From positions 1 to 43,719 of IMG/VR virus record IMGVR_UViG_3300045988_022668: a DNA stretch of 43,719 nt; one strand, 5' to 3'. This document shows positions 23,208 through 31,777 of this stretch, piece by piece. The DNA is from a virus. The notes beneath the pieces are model-generated. The model had not been told where the DNA came from and ran no database searches. It saw only the letters and a program-made list of their open reading frames with translations. A program made the translations under genes and the position numbers. How positions within the stretch are numbered: position 1 is the stretch's first letter; each line of letters opens with the position of its first letter.

Positions 23208-24839
23208 TTAATCCTCCTGGGGAACCGTTGGAACGATGTGCGCCCCTTTTTTTGAGTAAATAATCATAATTCGCTTTGTGTCGTGGAATGCATCGCTTTC
23301 ATAATATTGCCCAATCACCCGATCCACGTTCGTATACTCTTTGATTTCCAAAGAACCATCTTTTCTGGTCTTTATGGCTATAGTTCCAGTCCCAGTATAT
23401 CTTCCTAAGATTTCCTGCGCTTCCTGCGCCGTAATGGTCATAATGCTCTGCGGCGTCTGTCCCTTCGCAAGTCTCTGCGCTCTGTACCGTTCAAATTCTG
23501 CCGTCCCTTCGATGTGCCGCGCCTGAACCTGTGGCCTGATTTTCGTAGAGATTTCGCCGCTGGTTATTCTTGCGTTAAGTATAGCAGTATTTTCCTTATT
23601 TTGCAACGCTGCTTCTGCATCACGCCGCGCTTTTAGCGCCTGTGCGGCAGCGTCGCTTTTAGCATCACCGTACAGCACCTTCAACCGTTCCGGCTGCTCC
23701 GGCAGGCCCGCCGCCTTGCTGAACTCCCGGTATTTGGCGTTCAGGCGGCGCAGTTTAATATTTGCTGCACGCGCATCATCGGTTAGCCCCGCATCTTTAT
23801 ACGCGTTTTTGATCCGCTTCTGCTTGCGTATGGTGCGCTCTATACGGCGCTGCATCTGCGTGGCCTCGTATGCGGTATATTTCTTACCGTCGTACTCGCA
23901 GCCTAAGCCGTCATCGATATGGGCAAGTTGATCGTCGGTATATGTGCGTTCAGATACGCCCTCCACCCAGGGATAGCGCCGGTGACGGCAGTTAGCGCCC
24001 TCCAGACCATCGACATATCCCAGACCGCACACTTCGTAAATGCTTGGGTAAATGTCGCCGCTGCGGGTGGAATAAACCTTGCCCTGCCAGTCTTTGTGCG
24101 AGGACCACGGAGACGGCCCCGGCTTATCACGCGCCCCGGCGTGGGCAGACACTTCATAATACGGCGTTTCCAAGTATTCCGCCGCTTGCTCCGCGTACTT
24201 ACTGCACAGCTGCGATACGCCTGTCATTACAGCCCTGCGCGCAGCTACGTCTACATGGTCACGGTGTCCGCTCTCATAGTCCACCACGCGCAGGCCGCCG
24301 CTTGCAAGCTCCCTAACGGCGTCTTTGATGGCTTGCCCATAAGAAATAGCCCCGCTTTCTACTTTCAATGTAGCGGCATCTAAAGCCCATTGGTACGCCT
24401 TTGCGGGGGGCAGCATCGTCCGCCCTGCGTCTACCAAAAACCCCATCGAAGCGGTGATGTTGCGGAACGCATCCTGCGTCTGCCGTCTGATTGCGTCAAT
24501 GGCAGTTGCATCTACCAGCACGTCAGGCTGTGTTACACGGGCAAGGTCTATGACCTCGGTGTAATACTTTTGGTTGCGCTCCACCACATCGTCTATCAGC
24601 TCGTTTAGCTTTTTCTCGCTTATGCTGGCACTCTGGCGTATGGCTTTCTCAATCTCTTTCAGGTCGATGCCGTGTGACCGCAGCGCCTTGATGTCCTGAA
24701 CCGTGACCTCGTTCAGCTCGTCCCGCAGCTTCAGGCGGGAGCATATCTCCATCAGAAGTGCGTCCTCAAGCCCACGGTACAGCTCTGCCAACTCTTCCGG
24801 CATGGCATCAAGTATTTCCGGCTGAAACGGATATTTCAT
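23208..24839 (-). CDS. MuF-like head morphogenesis protein fused to a C-terminal Ntox50-like toxin domain (543 aa)
   Basis: N-terminal two-thirds is typical of SPP1 gp7/MuF proteins and sits after the portal region. C-terminal ARHIEGTAEF...RYTGTGT...VIGQYY...IIYSKKGAHIVPTVP matches my recollection of the polymorphic toxin type 50 pattern. Confidence 0.7.
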   Translation of the reverse strand: MKYPFQPEILDAMPEELAELYRGLEDALLMEICSRLKLRDELNEVTVQDIKALRSHGIDLKEIEKAIRQSASISEKKLNELIDDVVERNQKYYTEVIDLARVTQPDVLVDATAIDAIRRQTQDAFRNITASMGFLVDAGRTMLPPAKAYQWALDAATLKVESGAISYGQAIKDAVRELASGGLRVVDYESGHRDHVDVAARRAVMTGVSQLCSKYAEQAAEYLETPYYEVSAHAGARDKPGPSPWSSHKDWQGKVYSTRSGDIYPSIYEVCGLGYVDGLEGANCRHRRYPWVEGVSERTYTDDQLAHIDDGLGCEYDGKKYTAYEATQMQRRIERTIRKQKRIKNAYKDAGLTDDARAANIKLRRLNAKYREFSKAAGLPEQPERLKVLYGDAKSDAAAQALKARRDAEAALQNKENTAILNARITSGEISTKIRPQVQARHIEGTAEFERYRAQRLAKGQTPQSIMTITAQEAQEILGRYTGTGTIAIKTRKDGSLEIKEYTNVDRVIGQYYESDAFHDTKRIMIIYSKKGAHIVPTVPQED

Positions 24840-25455
24840 TCGCTTTCCTCCGTTTCACAATATCGTCATAGTGCGGCTTTACTCGAATTACATTCCAGTC
24901 GCATTCCTCCGGCACTTTTCCGTAGAATATCACCCATTCCGGCGACAGCCGTTTCATCATTTCTTCGTAGCCGCGCAAAAACAGCCGCTTGCTTTCCTTG
25001 TTCTGCTGTGTTCCTACCGAACTGACAGCCACAACACCGCCAACGGGATCACCATCAAAGCACCAATCGTAACTGCTCTCATCGCTCCATGAGATTGAGG
25101 GATAGACTGTCATGCCACGCATTTGCCAATATGCCGCCAACCAGTGCTTGCGATAGTGGTTGTATATCTGCATCGCAAGCGGCATATCCGTGTATGTGGA
25201 GAAGTCCGGCGCGCACACCGCCGCAAACTGCGACAGTTTCGGAATGTATTTGTCCGGCGTGTTCCAATATCGAATGAACTGGTAATCGTCCACGAAGAAA
25301 TGCACAATCTTGCTTTTCGTGTCTTTCGCTGTGTAATGGTAATTCACGGGGACAAACTCACCTTGTGGGTATGTCTTGACCGGCTCGATCTGCGGAATAT
25401 CGTACTTGCCCACGCCGAGGAATGTGAACTTATCAAGATTTTCAAAGTTAATCAT
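24808..25455 (-). CDS. DUF4417-like protein (215 aa)
   Basis: HFFVDDYQFIRYWNTPDKY...APDFSTYTDMPLAMQIYNHYRKHWLAAYWQMRGMTVYPSISW matches the remembered DUF4417 pattern. Start at MINFENL. Lower GC than its neighbours. Confidence 0.6.
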   Translation of the reverse strand: MINFENLDKFTFLGVGKYDIPQIEPVKTYPQGEFVPVNYHYTAKDTKSKIVHFFVDDYQFIRYWNTPDKYIPKLSQFAAVCAPDFSTYTDMPLAMQIYNHYRKHWLAAYWQMRGMTVYPSISWSDESSYDWCFDGDPVGGVVAVSSVGTQQNKESKRLFLRGYEEMMKRLSPEWVIFYGKVPEECDWNVIRVKPHYDDIVKRRKANEISVSAGNT

Positions 25456-25469
25456 AAATCCCCCAGCAA

Positions 25470-25509
25470 ACAAAAATGCCGCAAGATACATTTCTGTACC
25501 TTACGGCAT
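25470..25509 (-). terminator. Rho-independent terminator upstream of the DUF4417 gene
   Basis: Minus strand: AUGCCGUAAG-loop-CUUGCGGCAU (10 bp, including one G-U pair) followed by UUUUUG. Confidence 0.6.
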
Positions 25510-25568
25510 AGCAAGCGCCCGGATTCTAACCGGAGTTCCCGCAGTCACGGTGTAATCACCCTATACGA

Positions 25569-25955
25569 CTACTTGCTATGCCTATTATACCAAGCCTTTT
25601 TTACGAATGCAACCAGCTTCTTTTCATCCGCAGTCAAGCCCCTTGTGCCGCCCTCATCGTGATAATACCCGATGTGCGTGTGCTCTCCCTTGAATTGTTC
25701 ATGGCTATGTAAGAGATTGATTGTTTTTACGCGCTTTCCATCTGCACCGTAATAGCTGATTGCATTTATTTTGCCCTCATCGTTTATCGTTGCGTAAATG
25801 CGCCCTTTGGTCATAGTTTCCAATGGGTCTTTTGCGTTCAATGCCGCATTTTGCTTTACAAACTTTACGTTCCCAGCTTTTAAAAGTGTCCTAAACTCGC
25901 TCCCGTAAGGCTTGCCCTTTTCGCTCATGCCGCTACTTGCGCCGCGTCCGCCCAT
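25569..25955 (-). CDS. Hypothetical protein starting MGGRGASSG (128 aa)
   Basis: TAATG coupling to the upstream gene. Motifs KGKPYGSEFRTLLKAGNVKFVK and HTHIGYYHDEGGTRGLT. Confidence 0.6.
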   Translation of the reverse strand: MGGRGASSGMSEKGKPYGSEFRTLLKAGNVKFVKQNAALNAKDPLETMTKGRIYATINDEGKINAISYYGADGKRVKTINLLHSHEQFKGEHTHIGYYHDEGGTRGLTADEKKLVAFVKKAWYNRHSK

Positions 25956-26494
25956 TAAACAGGTCTCCATGTACCGCTGCGCTTGTTAGCCCTGCGGTAT
26001 TTCTTGCCGTTTACCGTAACTTCCAACGCGCCGGACTTTTGCGCTGTTACAAAGGCATTGGAAAATGCCTTGTTTTCTGCTGCTTTTCGGTTTTTACTGG
26101 ACTGGTCACGCAATTTCCGCATGTAGCTATCCATTTCACCGCGCGCTCTTGCAGCTCTGTCTGCGGCGCTTCCTGTTTTCTGCGCCGTTGTCAGGCGTGC
26201 AGGCCCACTTGCATAAGGATTGACTGCTCCTGCCGCCGTTTTGAGCGCCGTTGTTGCGAGAGTTGCCATCTGCTTTACGGCGTCTTTCTTTTCAGCGTCC
26301 GACAGCGAAAGCCCATTGATTTCAGCAGCGTTGCGCTCAAATGTGCGCCTGATAATATCGCCCATATCAGTGACAGACGCAGCGTTTGCTCGGTTAATAT
26401 CCTGCTGTGACAAAAACCGCGCAAGGCTCATACCGCGCCCACGCCCAAATTCTCCGGCTCCAATGCCGCCACCAGCTCCGCCTCTGCCGCCCAT
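25955..26494 (-). CDS. Hypothetical protein starting MGGRGGAGGG (179 aa)
   Basis: TAATG coupling to the portal stop. Basic and helical. Confidence 0.6.
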   Translation of the reverse strand: MGGRGGAGGGIGAGEFGRGRGMSLARFLSQQDINRANAASVTDMGDIIRRTFERNAAEINGLSLSDAEKKDAVKQMATLATTALKTAAGAVNPYASGPARLTTAQKTGSAADRAARARGEMDSYMRKLRDQSSKNRKAAENKAFSNAFVTAQKSGALEVTVNGKKYRRANKRSGTWRPV

Positions 26495-27924
26495 TACTCT
26501 ACCTCCTGTTGTCCTTCGGTTGTCATGTCCTGCATCTTCGGCAGCGCCGCCTTTGCGGTCGCCTCATCCTCGTTCATCCACTTCATGCGGAACTCCCAAT
26601 CGTTCATGATACCCGCCTGCAAGAGCTGCATATCGCGGGAAAATTCGGTCTGCTTGTCCTCAATGATGGAATCGTCAAAGTCGATGGAGATTTCCACATC
26701 TTCATCCAACCCAGCGTTCATGGCCGTGTTGCCCAGCCGCAGAAGAATGCGGCATAGCTCCACGAGCGCCTGCTCGAGCACAATCTCATGCTTTTTGATC
26801 GTGCGGAACATGGTAGAGTTTTCGCTGATGACCTGTGTGGCAGTTGCTACGCTGCCACCGTCAAAGCGGTAATAGGTTTCACCGAAGCCGCACTTGCTGG
26901 ACAAAATGTTTAGCTGATCCTGAATGCCGGTGTTGTGCTCCGCCGTCCGCAATGTCATATCAATCGGCGTAATAACCGCACCGTCATTTACGTCCTCCGG
27001 AAGAACGTAAAACGCGACGTCGCTTGAATCAAATACCGGCTCTCCGTCAAGGTACTTCGCTGCAGCTGGTTTCACCATAATGCGCTTTTTCCCGAGCTTG
27101 AACTCATTGACGTAGCTATCATAAGCAATATCCACGCCTTGCATTACGTCGATAGCATTTGCATACACCGAAATGCCGGTTGGAAGCAAATAGTTGAAGT
27201 TATTTACAATGTTGGGTCGGTCAATGACAAATTGACGCTTATCGCTTCCGGTATGCACAACAGGGGGGATGCGCTCAAAGCCCTTAACATTGGTCAGCGC
27301 TTCGTCTGCAAGTTGCTCATTATCATACCGATAAATGCGGTTCTCAATGACGTATTCGCCGCCATCCTCTTTGCGATGGATTTGCAGATAGAGGTAATCG
27401 CGCCCGCCCCTTGTAACTACAGAGGAAAACGCGCACTCGCTGATATATCCGTTCTGCCATGCCAGCGGGTAGATATTTTCGATGGTCACATAGTCCAGCA
27501 CAATGCCAGAGGCGTTGCCGGGTACGATCTCGCCGCTCTCGTTGACCTCCTGCCCCACAACGCGGGGAATGTATGCCACCGTGCCAAGCGCGGACTTCAT
27601 TTCCTGCATCTCATTCGCCTTAACGGAAAAATTGTTCTCCGTCAAGATGCGGTCAATAAACTCCTGTTCCTTATTCCCTTCAAGCGTTATCTGCACTTTC
27701 TCGTTCATGAGCAGATTCGCCCAATCCTCGCACAGCTTCTTTCCCATTCCAAGGGAATACCGCTTGCAGTTGACCACGCTTTCACCGTTACGGACGCGGT
27801 AATTGTGGAATCCCTTTACATTCCCCTGATACCAGCTTTTCCACTCGTTTACTTTTCCGTAGAACGCTTCCGGAATTGTGGCGTACCCTAATTCAGTTAG
27901 CTTTTGGATAACCGCGTTACTCAT
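26494..27924 (-). CDS. Portal protein (SPP1 gp6-type), 476 aa
   Basis: Immediately follows TerL with ATGA coupling. Size and N-terminus (YGKVNEWKSWYQGNVKGFHNYRVRNG) are typical of the SPP1-family portal. Confidence 0.85.
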   Translation of the reverse strand: MSNAVIQKLTELGYATIPEAFYGKVNEWKSWYQGNVKGFHNYRVRNGESVVNCKRYSLGMGKKLCEDWANLLMNEKVQITLEGNKEQEFIDRILTENNFSVKANEMQEMKSALGTVAYIPRVVGQEVNESGEIVPGNASGIVLDYVTIENIYPLAWQNGYISECAFSSVVTRGGRDYLYLQIHRKEDGGEYVIENRIYRYDNEQLADEALTNVKGFERIPPVVHTGSDKRQFVIDRPNIVNNFNYLLPTGISVYANAIDVMQGVDIAYDSYVNEFKLGKKRIMVKPAAAKYLDGEPVFDSSDVAFYVLPEDVNDGAVITPIDMTLRTAEHNTGIQDQLNILSSKCGFGETYYRFDGGSVATATQVISENSTMFRTIKKHEIVLEQALVELCRILLRLGNTAMNAGLDEDVEISIDFDDSIIEDKQTEFSRDMQLLQAGIMNDWEFRMKWMNEDEATAKAALPKMQDMTTEGQQEVE

Positions 27925-29159
27925 GCTATAACTCCCATCTGGCGAGAAATACGCTCTAAAGCGTATCTTGTGGCATCAATCAAATGGTTATTTGCATCAG
28001 GATACCCGCTGATGATGTCGCCGTCTTTATTCCGTTCGTATTCGTAATTCACGAACTCGTTATATGCGTTTGGTGTCCGACGGCGGTCAATGACAATCTT
28101 GCGCCGCTGTAGCCACTTCATACCGTAGTCAACAGAACCGGGGCCTTTGACCGCCGCCTTTGCTGGAAGCCCCATAGCGCGGTAGTCCGCTACACTCTTA
28201 GGCTCCGCGCTGTCGCAAGTAATATAAGCGTCTTTGTACCCGCGCTGGATGATGATGTTCCCGCTTGCCTCGTTTGTAAGCTTGTTTTGGTATATCTCAT
28301 CCATCAGATAGATAGTCTCCCGCGCTCTGTCGTAGTACAGCCGGATAAAAGCAAACGGGTCGGGGAACCAACCGTAGTCCACACCCTGATAGATTTGGTC
28401 GAAGTGCGACATTTCTTCGTCGGTAATTTCTCGCAGCTCCAAATTTTCAAACACATTGCCACCCGTGCCGACCGGAATGCCGAGGTATTCGTGCTGATAT
28501 GCTCGCTCGTCCGTCTCTTTGAGGTGTTCTGCCTCGTCGATAAACTGCTGCCCCAGCCACTCAGGCGGCGCTTGCAGGTACGTTGACTTGTGGCACAGGC
28601 GGTCGGCGCGTTCCTCCAAGCTGTCTTTGTTCGCCCAGTTGTCGCGCGAAATCGGTGGGTTATAACTTTCAAAATTCCAGAACACCGAGCCGCCGCGCAT
28701 AGTCGACTGCAAAATGTTTCGGATTTCTGCACGTCCGGCAAACTGGTCTTTTTCCTCAAAGTGCGTCACGGCGATATAGCCAAACGGCACCTTGATAGAC
28801 TTGATCTTCATCGGGTCATCCGCGCCGCGAAACATGATCTTCTGCCCCGTCGGCTTATAAATCAGCTCCATCGGGGAAACCTTGGCTTCCCAATACGCCG
28901 CCATGCCCAGCTCACCGATTGCCCAAATATACTGGGCGTACACGCTATCGCGGATCGTGTTTGCTACCTTGCGCAGAACAAGTGCGTGCGTGCCGGGATT
29001 GCTGACCAGCAAAAGCGGAACAATAATTGATACTGCGGAAGATTTCAACGAGCCGCGCCCGCCGCTAAAATCGTAATGCGTATGACCGTGGTGGAACACG
29101 TCATGCGCCACGTCGTAGAACGCAGAGCCGATTTTTTCAGACAGGCGGATGTCAGACAT
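27921..29159 (-). CDS. terL: Terminase large subunit (PBSX/Terminase_3-type), 412 aa
   Basis: Walker-A-like FSGGRGSLKSS. Nuclease-half motifs (ITCDSAEPKS, HLIDATRYAL). ATG at 29159; the track start at 29162 is a TTG one codon upstream. Confidence 0.9.
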   Translation of the reverse strand: MSDIRLSEKIGSAFYDVAHDVFHHGHTHYDFSGGRGSLKSSAVSIIVPLLLVSNPGTHALVLRKVANTIRDSVYAQYIWAIGELGMAAYWEAKVSPMELIYKPTGQKIMFRGADDPMKIKSIKVPFGYIAVTHFEEKDQFAGRAEIRNILQSTMRGGSVFWNFESYNPPISRDNWANKDSLEERADRLCHKSTYLQAPPEWLGQQFIDEAEHLKETDERAYQHEYLGIPVGTGGNVFENLELREITDEEMSHFDQIYQGVDYGWFPDPFAFIRLYYDRARETIYLMDEIYQNKLTNEASGNIIIQRGYKDAYITCDSAEPKSVADYRAMGLPAKAAVKGPGSVDYGMKWLQRRKIVIDRRRTPNAYNEFVNYEYERNKDGDIISGYPDANNHLIDATRYALERISRQMGVIA

Positions 29160-29478
29160 CAATTATCACCTTAACACCCTCTGTGTTGATGTTCTGTTCC
29201 ACAATATCCTTTTGGTCGAGGTACTGTTTCCCGAGCCAAATGGCCATATTTGCATTCTTTTCAGCCAATCGCCACTGGCTCCGCCGCAGTGAAATTTTCC
29301 CCGCTCCACGCTTTTGTTTAAATACCTCGGAAAAATTGGCATGATAGGTGCGTTTGCACCAGCTATCCAGCGTTTTGTCCGTTACGTCAAACCAGCCGCA
29401 GATTTCCTCAAGCGTGCATTGCAGGCCGCAGAGGTTCTCGAATTGCTTCTGGTCTATTTCCTTTCTTGGCCTTGCCAT
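29152..29478 (-). CDS. terS: Terminase small subunit (108 aa)
   Basis: N-terminal HTH-like MARPRKEIDQKQFENLCGLQCTLEEICGWFDVTDKTLDSWCKR. AAGGAGGG SD. Directly upstream of terL. Confidence 0.75.
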   Translation of the reverse strand: MARPRKEIDQKQFENLCGLQCTLEEICGWFDVTDKTLDSWCKRTYHANFSEVFKQKRGAGKISLRRSQWRLAEKNANMAIWLGKQYLDQKDIVEQNINTEGVKVIIDV

Positions 29479-29581
29479 ACGCGCCCTCCTTTCTCTTCTG
29501 GCGTTTGATAAACTTCTCCATGTCCCGTTTTAGGTGCGGACTATTTGTTTTTGCAATGATCGCCTGCGCTTCTTCAATCGT
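29408..29581 (-). CDS. Possible small ORF (57 aa) overlapping the methylase stop and the terS start
   Basis: The ATG overlaps the end of the methylase gene. The N-terminal part MTIEEAQAIIAKTNSPHLKRDMEKFIKRQKRKEG looks protein-like, but the last 70 nt or so overlap terS out of frame. Confidence 0.25.
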   Translation of the reverse strand, partial: TIEEAQAIIAKTNSPHLKRDMEKFIKRQKRKEGAYGKAKKGNRPEAIREPLRPAMHA

Positions 29582-30767
29582 CATGCAGGAGCACCGCTTT
29601 CTTCCCGGTAAACTTCTCCCACCGGTCAACAATGACGTCGGCATACTTCGGATCATACTCCATGCAGAAAGCGTGTCGACCATTCTGCTCCGCTGCCATG
29701 ATCGTTGTGCCGGAGCCAGCAAACATGTCGAGCACATTCTCTCCCGGCTTGCTGGAACACTGCATCTGGTAGTCAAACAGCTTAATCGGCTTCATGGTCG
29801 GATGCTCCGCAGACTTTACCGGCTTATCAAAATTCAGGACGGTTGTCTGTCTGCGGTTCTTAAAGAAGTAGTGCTTCTTGCCTTCCGTCCATCCGTAAAG
29901 GCAAGGCTCGTGCGCGTCCTCTTCAATCTCATTCTCGCCATACAGGCAAGGTTCATGTTTCCACTGGAAATCCTGTCTCCCCATCACAAGAGAATTCTTC
30001 ACCCAAATCAGGCACTGCCGGACGCGAAGCATCGCATCTCTGCACGCCCCACGGAAGTTATACCCTTCGCTATCTGCGTGCCAGATGTAAAACGGTGCGC
30101 CAGGTTTCATGACCATCGCCGCATTGGAAAACGCATCCGTCAGAAACCGTCTAAACGCCGTATCCTCCATGTTGTCGTTCTTAATCTTTCCGGCGGTTCC
30201 CTGATAGTCCACATTGTACGGAGGGTCGGTGAGCAGCAAATCCATTTGTGCCCCCCCCACGAGCGTCTGTACGTCTGTCAAAGACGTACTGTCTCCGCAC
30301 ATCAGCCGATGGTCGCCAAGCTGGTACACATCGCCCAGTTTGCTCTTTGGCTCTGCCGGCAAAACAGGATCGTAGTTGTCCTCTACGACTGACGTGTCAA
30401 GTTCATCTCGCAATCCCCAATCAAAATCAAAAGCAGACAGGTCAAGACCAGGCAGCTCCTCGGCCAGCAAATCAAAGTCCCAATCGCTCTCGTTGCTCTT
30501 GTTATCCACCAACCGCAGGGCGTTCACCTGCTCCGGTGTCAGATCGTCCACACAGACGCACGGCACTTCTTCCATGCCAAGCTTCTTTGCCGCCATAGCG
30601 CGGCAGTGGCCGATTACAATCACGCCGTCACGGTCAATCACAATCGGCTGCACAAATCCGTACTGCTTGATGCTCTCCGCAACGTTGTTGATTTGCCTCT
30701 TATCATGCTTTTTTGCGTTAGTCGCATACGGAACAATGTCCGCAAGCCGCCGTTTTGTGATTTCCAT
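29574..30767 (-). CDS. ParB-like nuclease domain fused to a beta-class N6A/N4C DNA methyltransferase (397 aa)
   Basis: N-terminal ParB-N-like IKQYGFVQPIVIDRDGVIVIGHCR. Methylase motif IV TDPPYN precedes motif I DMFAGSGTT. AGGAGGAAGG SD. Confidence 0.85.
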   Translation of the reverse strand: MEITKRRLADIVPYATNAKKHDKRQINNVAESIKQYGFVQPIVIDRDGVIVIGHCRAMAAKKLGMEEVPCVCVDDLTPEQVNALRLVDNKSNESDWDFDLLAEELPGLDLSAFDFDWGLRDELDTSVVEDNYDPVLPAEPKSKLGDVYQLGDHRLMCGDSTSLTDVQTLVGGAQMDLLLTDPPYNVDYQGTAGKIKNDNMEDTAFRRFLTDAFSNAAMVMKPGAPFYIWHADSEGYNFRGACRDAMLRVRQCLIWVKNSLVMGRQDFQWKHEPCLYGENEIEEDAHEPCLYGWTEGKKHYFFKNRRQTTVLNFDKPVKSAEHPTMKPIKLFDYQMQCSSKPGENVLDMFAGSGTTIMAAEQNGRHAFCMEYDPKYADVIVDRWEKFTGKKAVLLHDD

Positions 30768-31777
30768 GCCTTCCTCCTGTTTTGCTACCAGCCCCCGCCC
30801 CTTGGCCTTACGCAGCAGACTTTACCCGCCCCGAAGGGTTACTCTATGCCCGCAAGGGGCGTGATACTTACACAGTCTCCGGCGCTGCGCTCTGTTCGGC
30901 CCGGCCTACGCAACGGCCTAATCTCTCGATTGCCGTCACCACGCCACATCCATTTACCGCCTCAGCCTCCTCGCAAAGACAGCAGCGCCGGATAACCACG
31001 GAACTTTTCAGCCCTGCGCCGGTATGTCGGTCGCATCCGTTTCTTTTACACAAGCCGGGTCCAGCTAAATAATAAATACTTCGACCTGCCGCTTTCATAC
31101 AGCGCACAGGCAAGCCCCTTGTAGCGGTCTTACCCTTCCGTGGTGCCGCAATGCGGTAGCATACATCTGGTACGGCATTGCAGTCCTGCCCTGCTTTAGC
31201 GCTTCAGGGAAAGTCCCCGTCACTCGCTGTGGTCTCCCCTTACGGGGCACCTATGCCGCATATTGGCCGTCTTGCCGCTTAAATTGTCTTACGATCTCGG
31301 GTCCGACGCCACGCAGGCGCTTCGGACACAATCCACAGACACGTCCATCGAGATAGGGAGCTCGCTCCCCCGCGTGCGTAGTTTTCAGCGACCATTCCTG
31401 GGTAGGGACTATGACGGCCAGCCCCTTACTTTGTGCCACGATTTCTCAGGCTCTCGAAGTCCCGTTGCGTCGTGTTCCGCGCGCCCTCTCATTGTGGGCT
31501 ATCCGGCGTTGCTCTCCGTCGTGTCGCAGTTACTATCGGTCTGTGTTCCGTCCGGCTTGCACGGAAGGGAGCGGCCCTGCATCAAACACGCTGTGCCGCA
31601 TGAGAAGTGCGACCTCTCGGCCCTGATCGTTGGGCTGCATCGTGCGTGCGGCATATCCCCGTGCGGCAGAAGGAGGACGGACCACCGCACGGGCGACAGA
31701 AAGGGAAGTGGGAGGTGGAAGGAATATCCTCCCATCTCCCACTGTAACACAAGTCAATGGCTTTTTAAGGCCAACTT
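30768..31777 (-). ncRNA. Candidate large structured non-coding RNA (about 1 kb) or highly structured leader of the late operon
   Basis: No SD-supported ORF in 1,010 nt of an otherwise gap-free genome. Many local helices and one long-range helix can be paired by eye. The G-U pairs fit the minus-strand sense. See findings. Confidence 0.5.
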
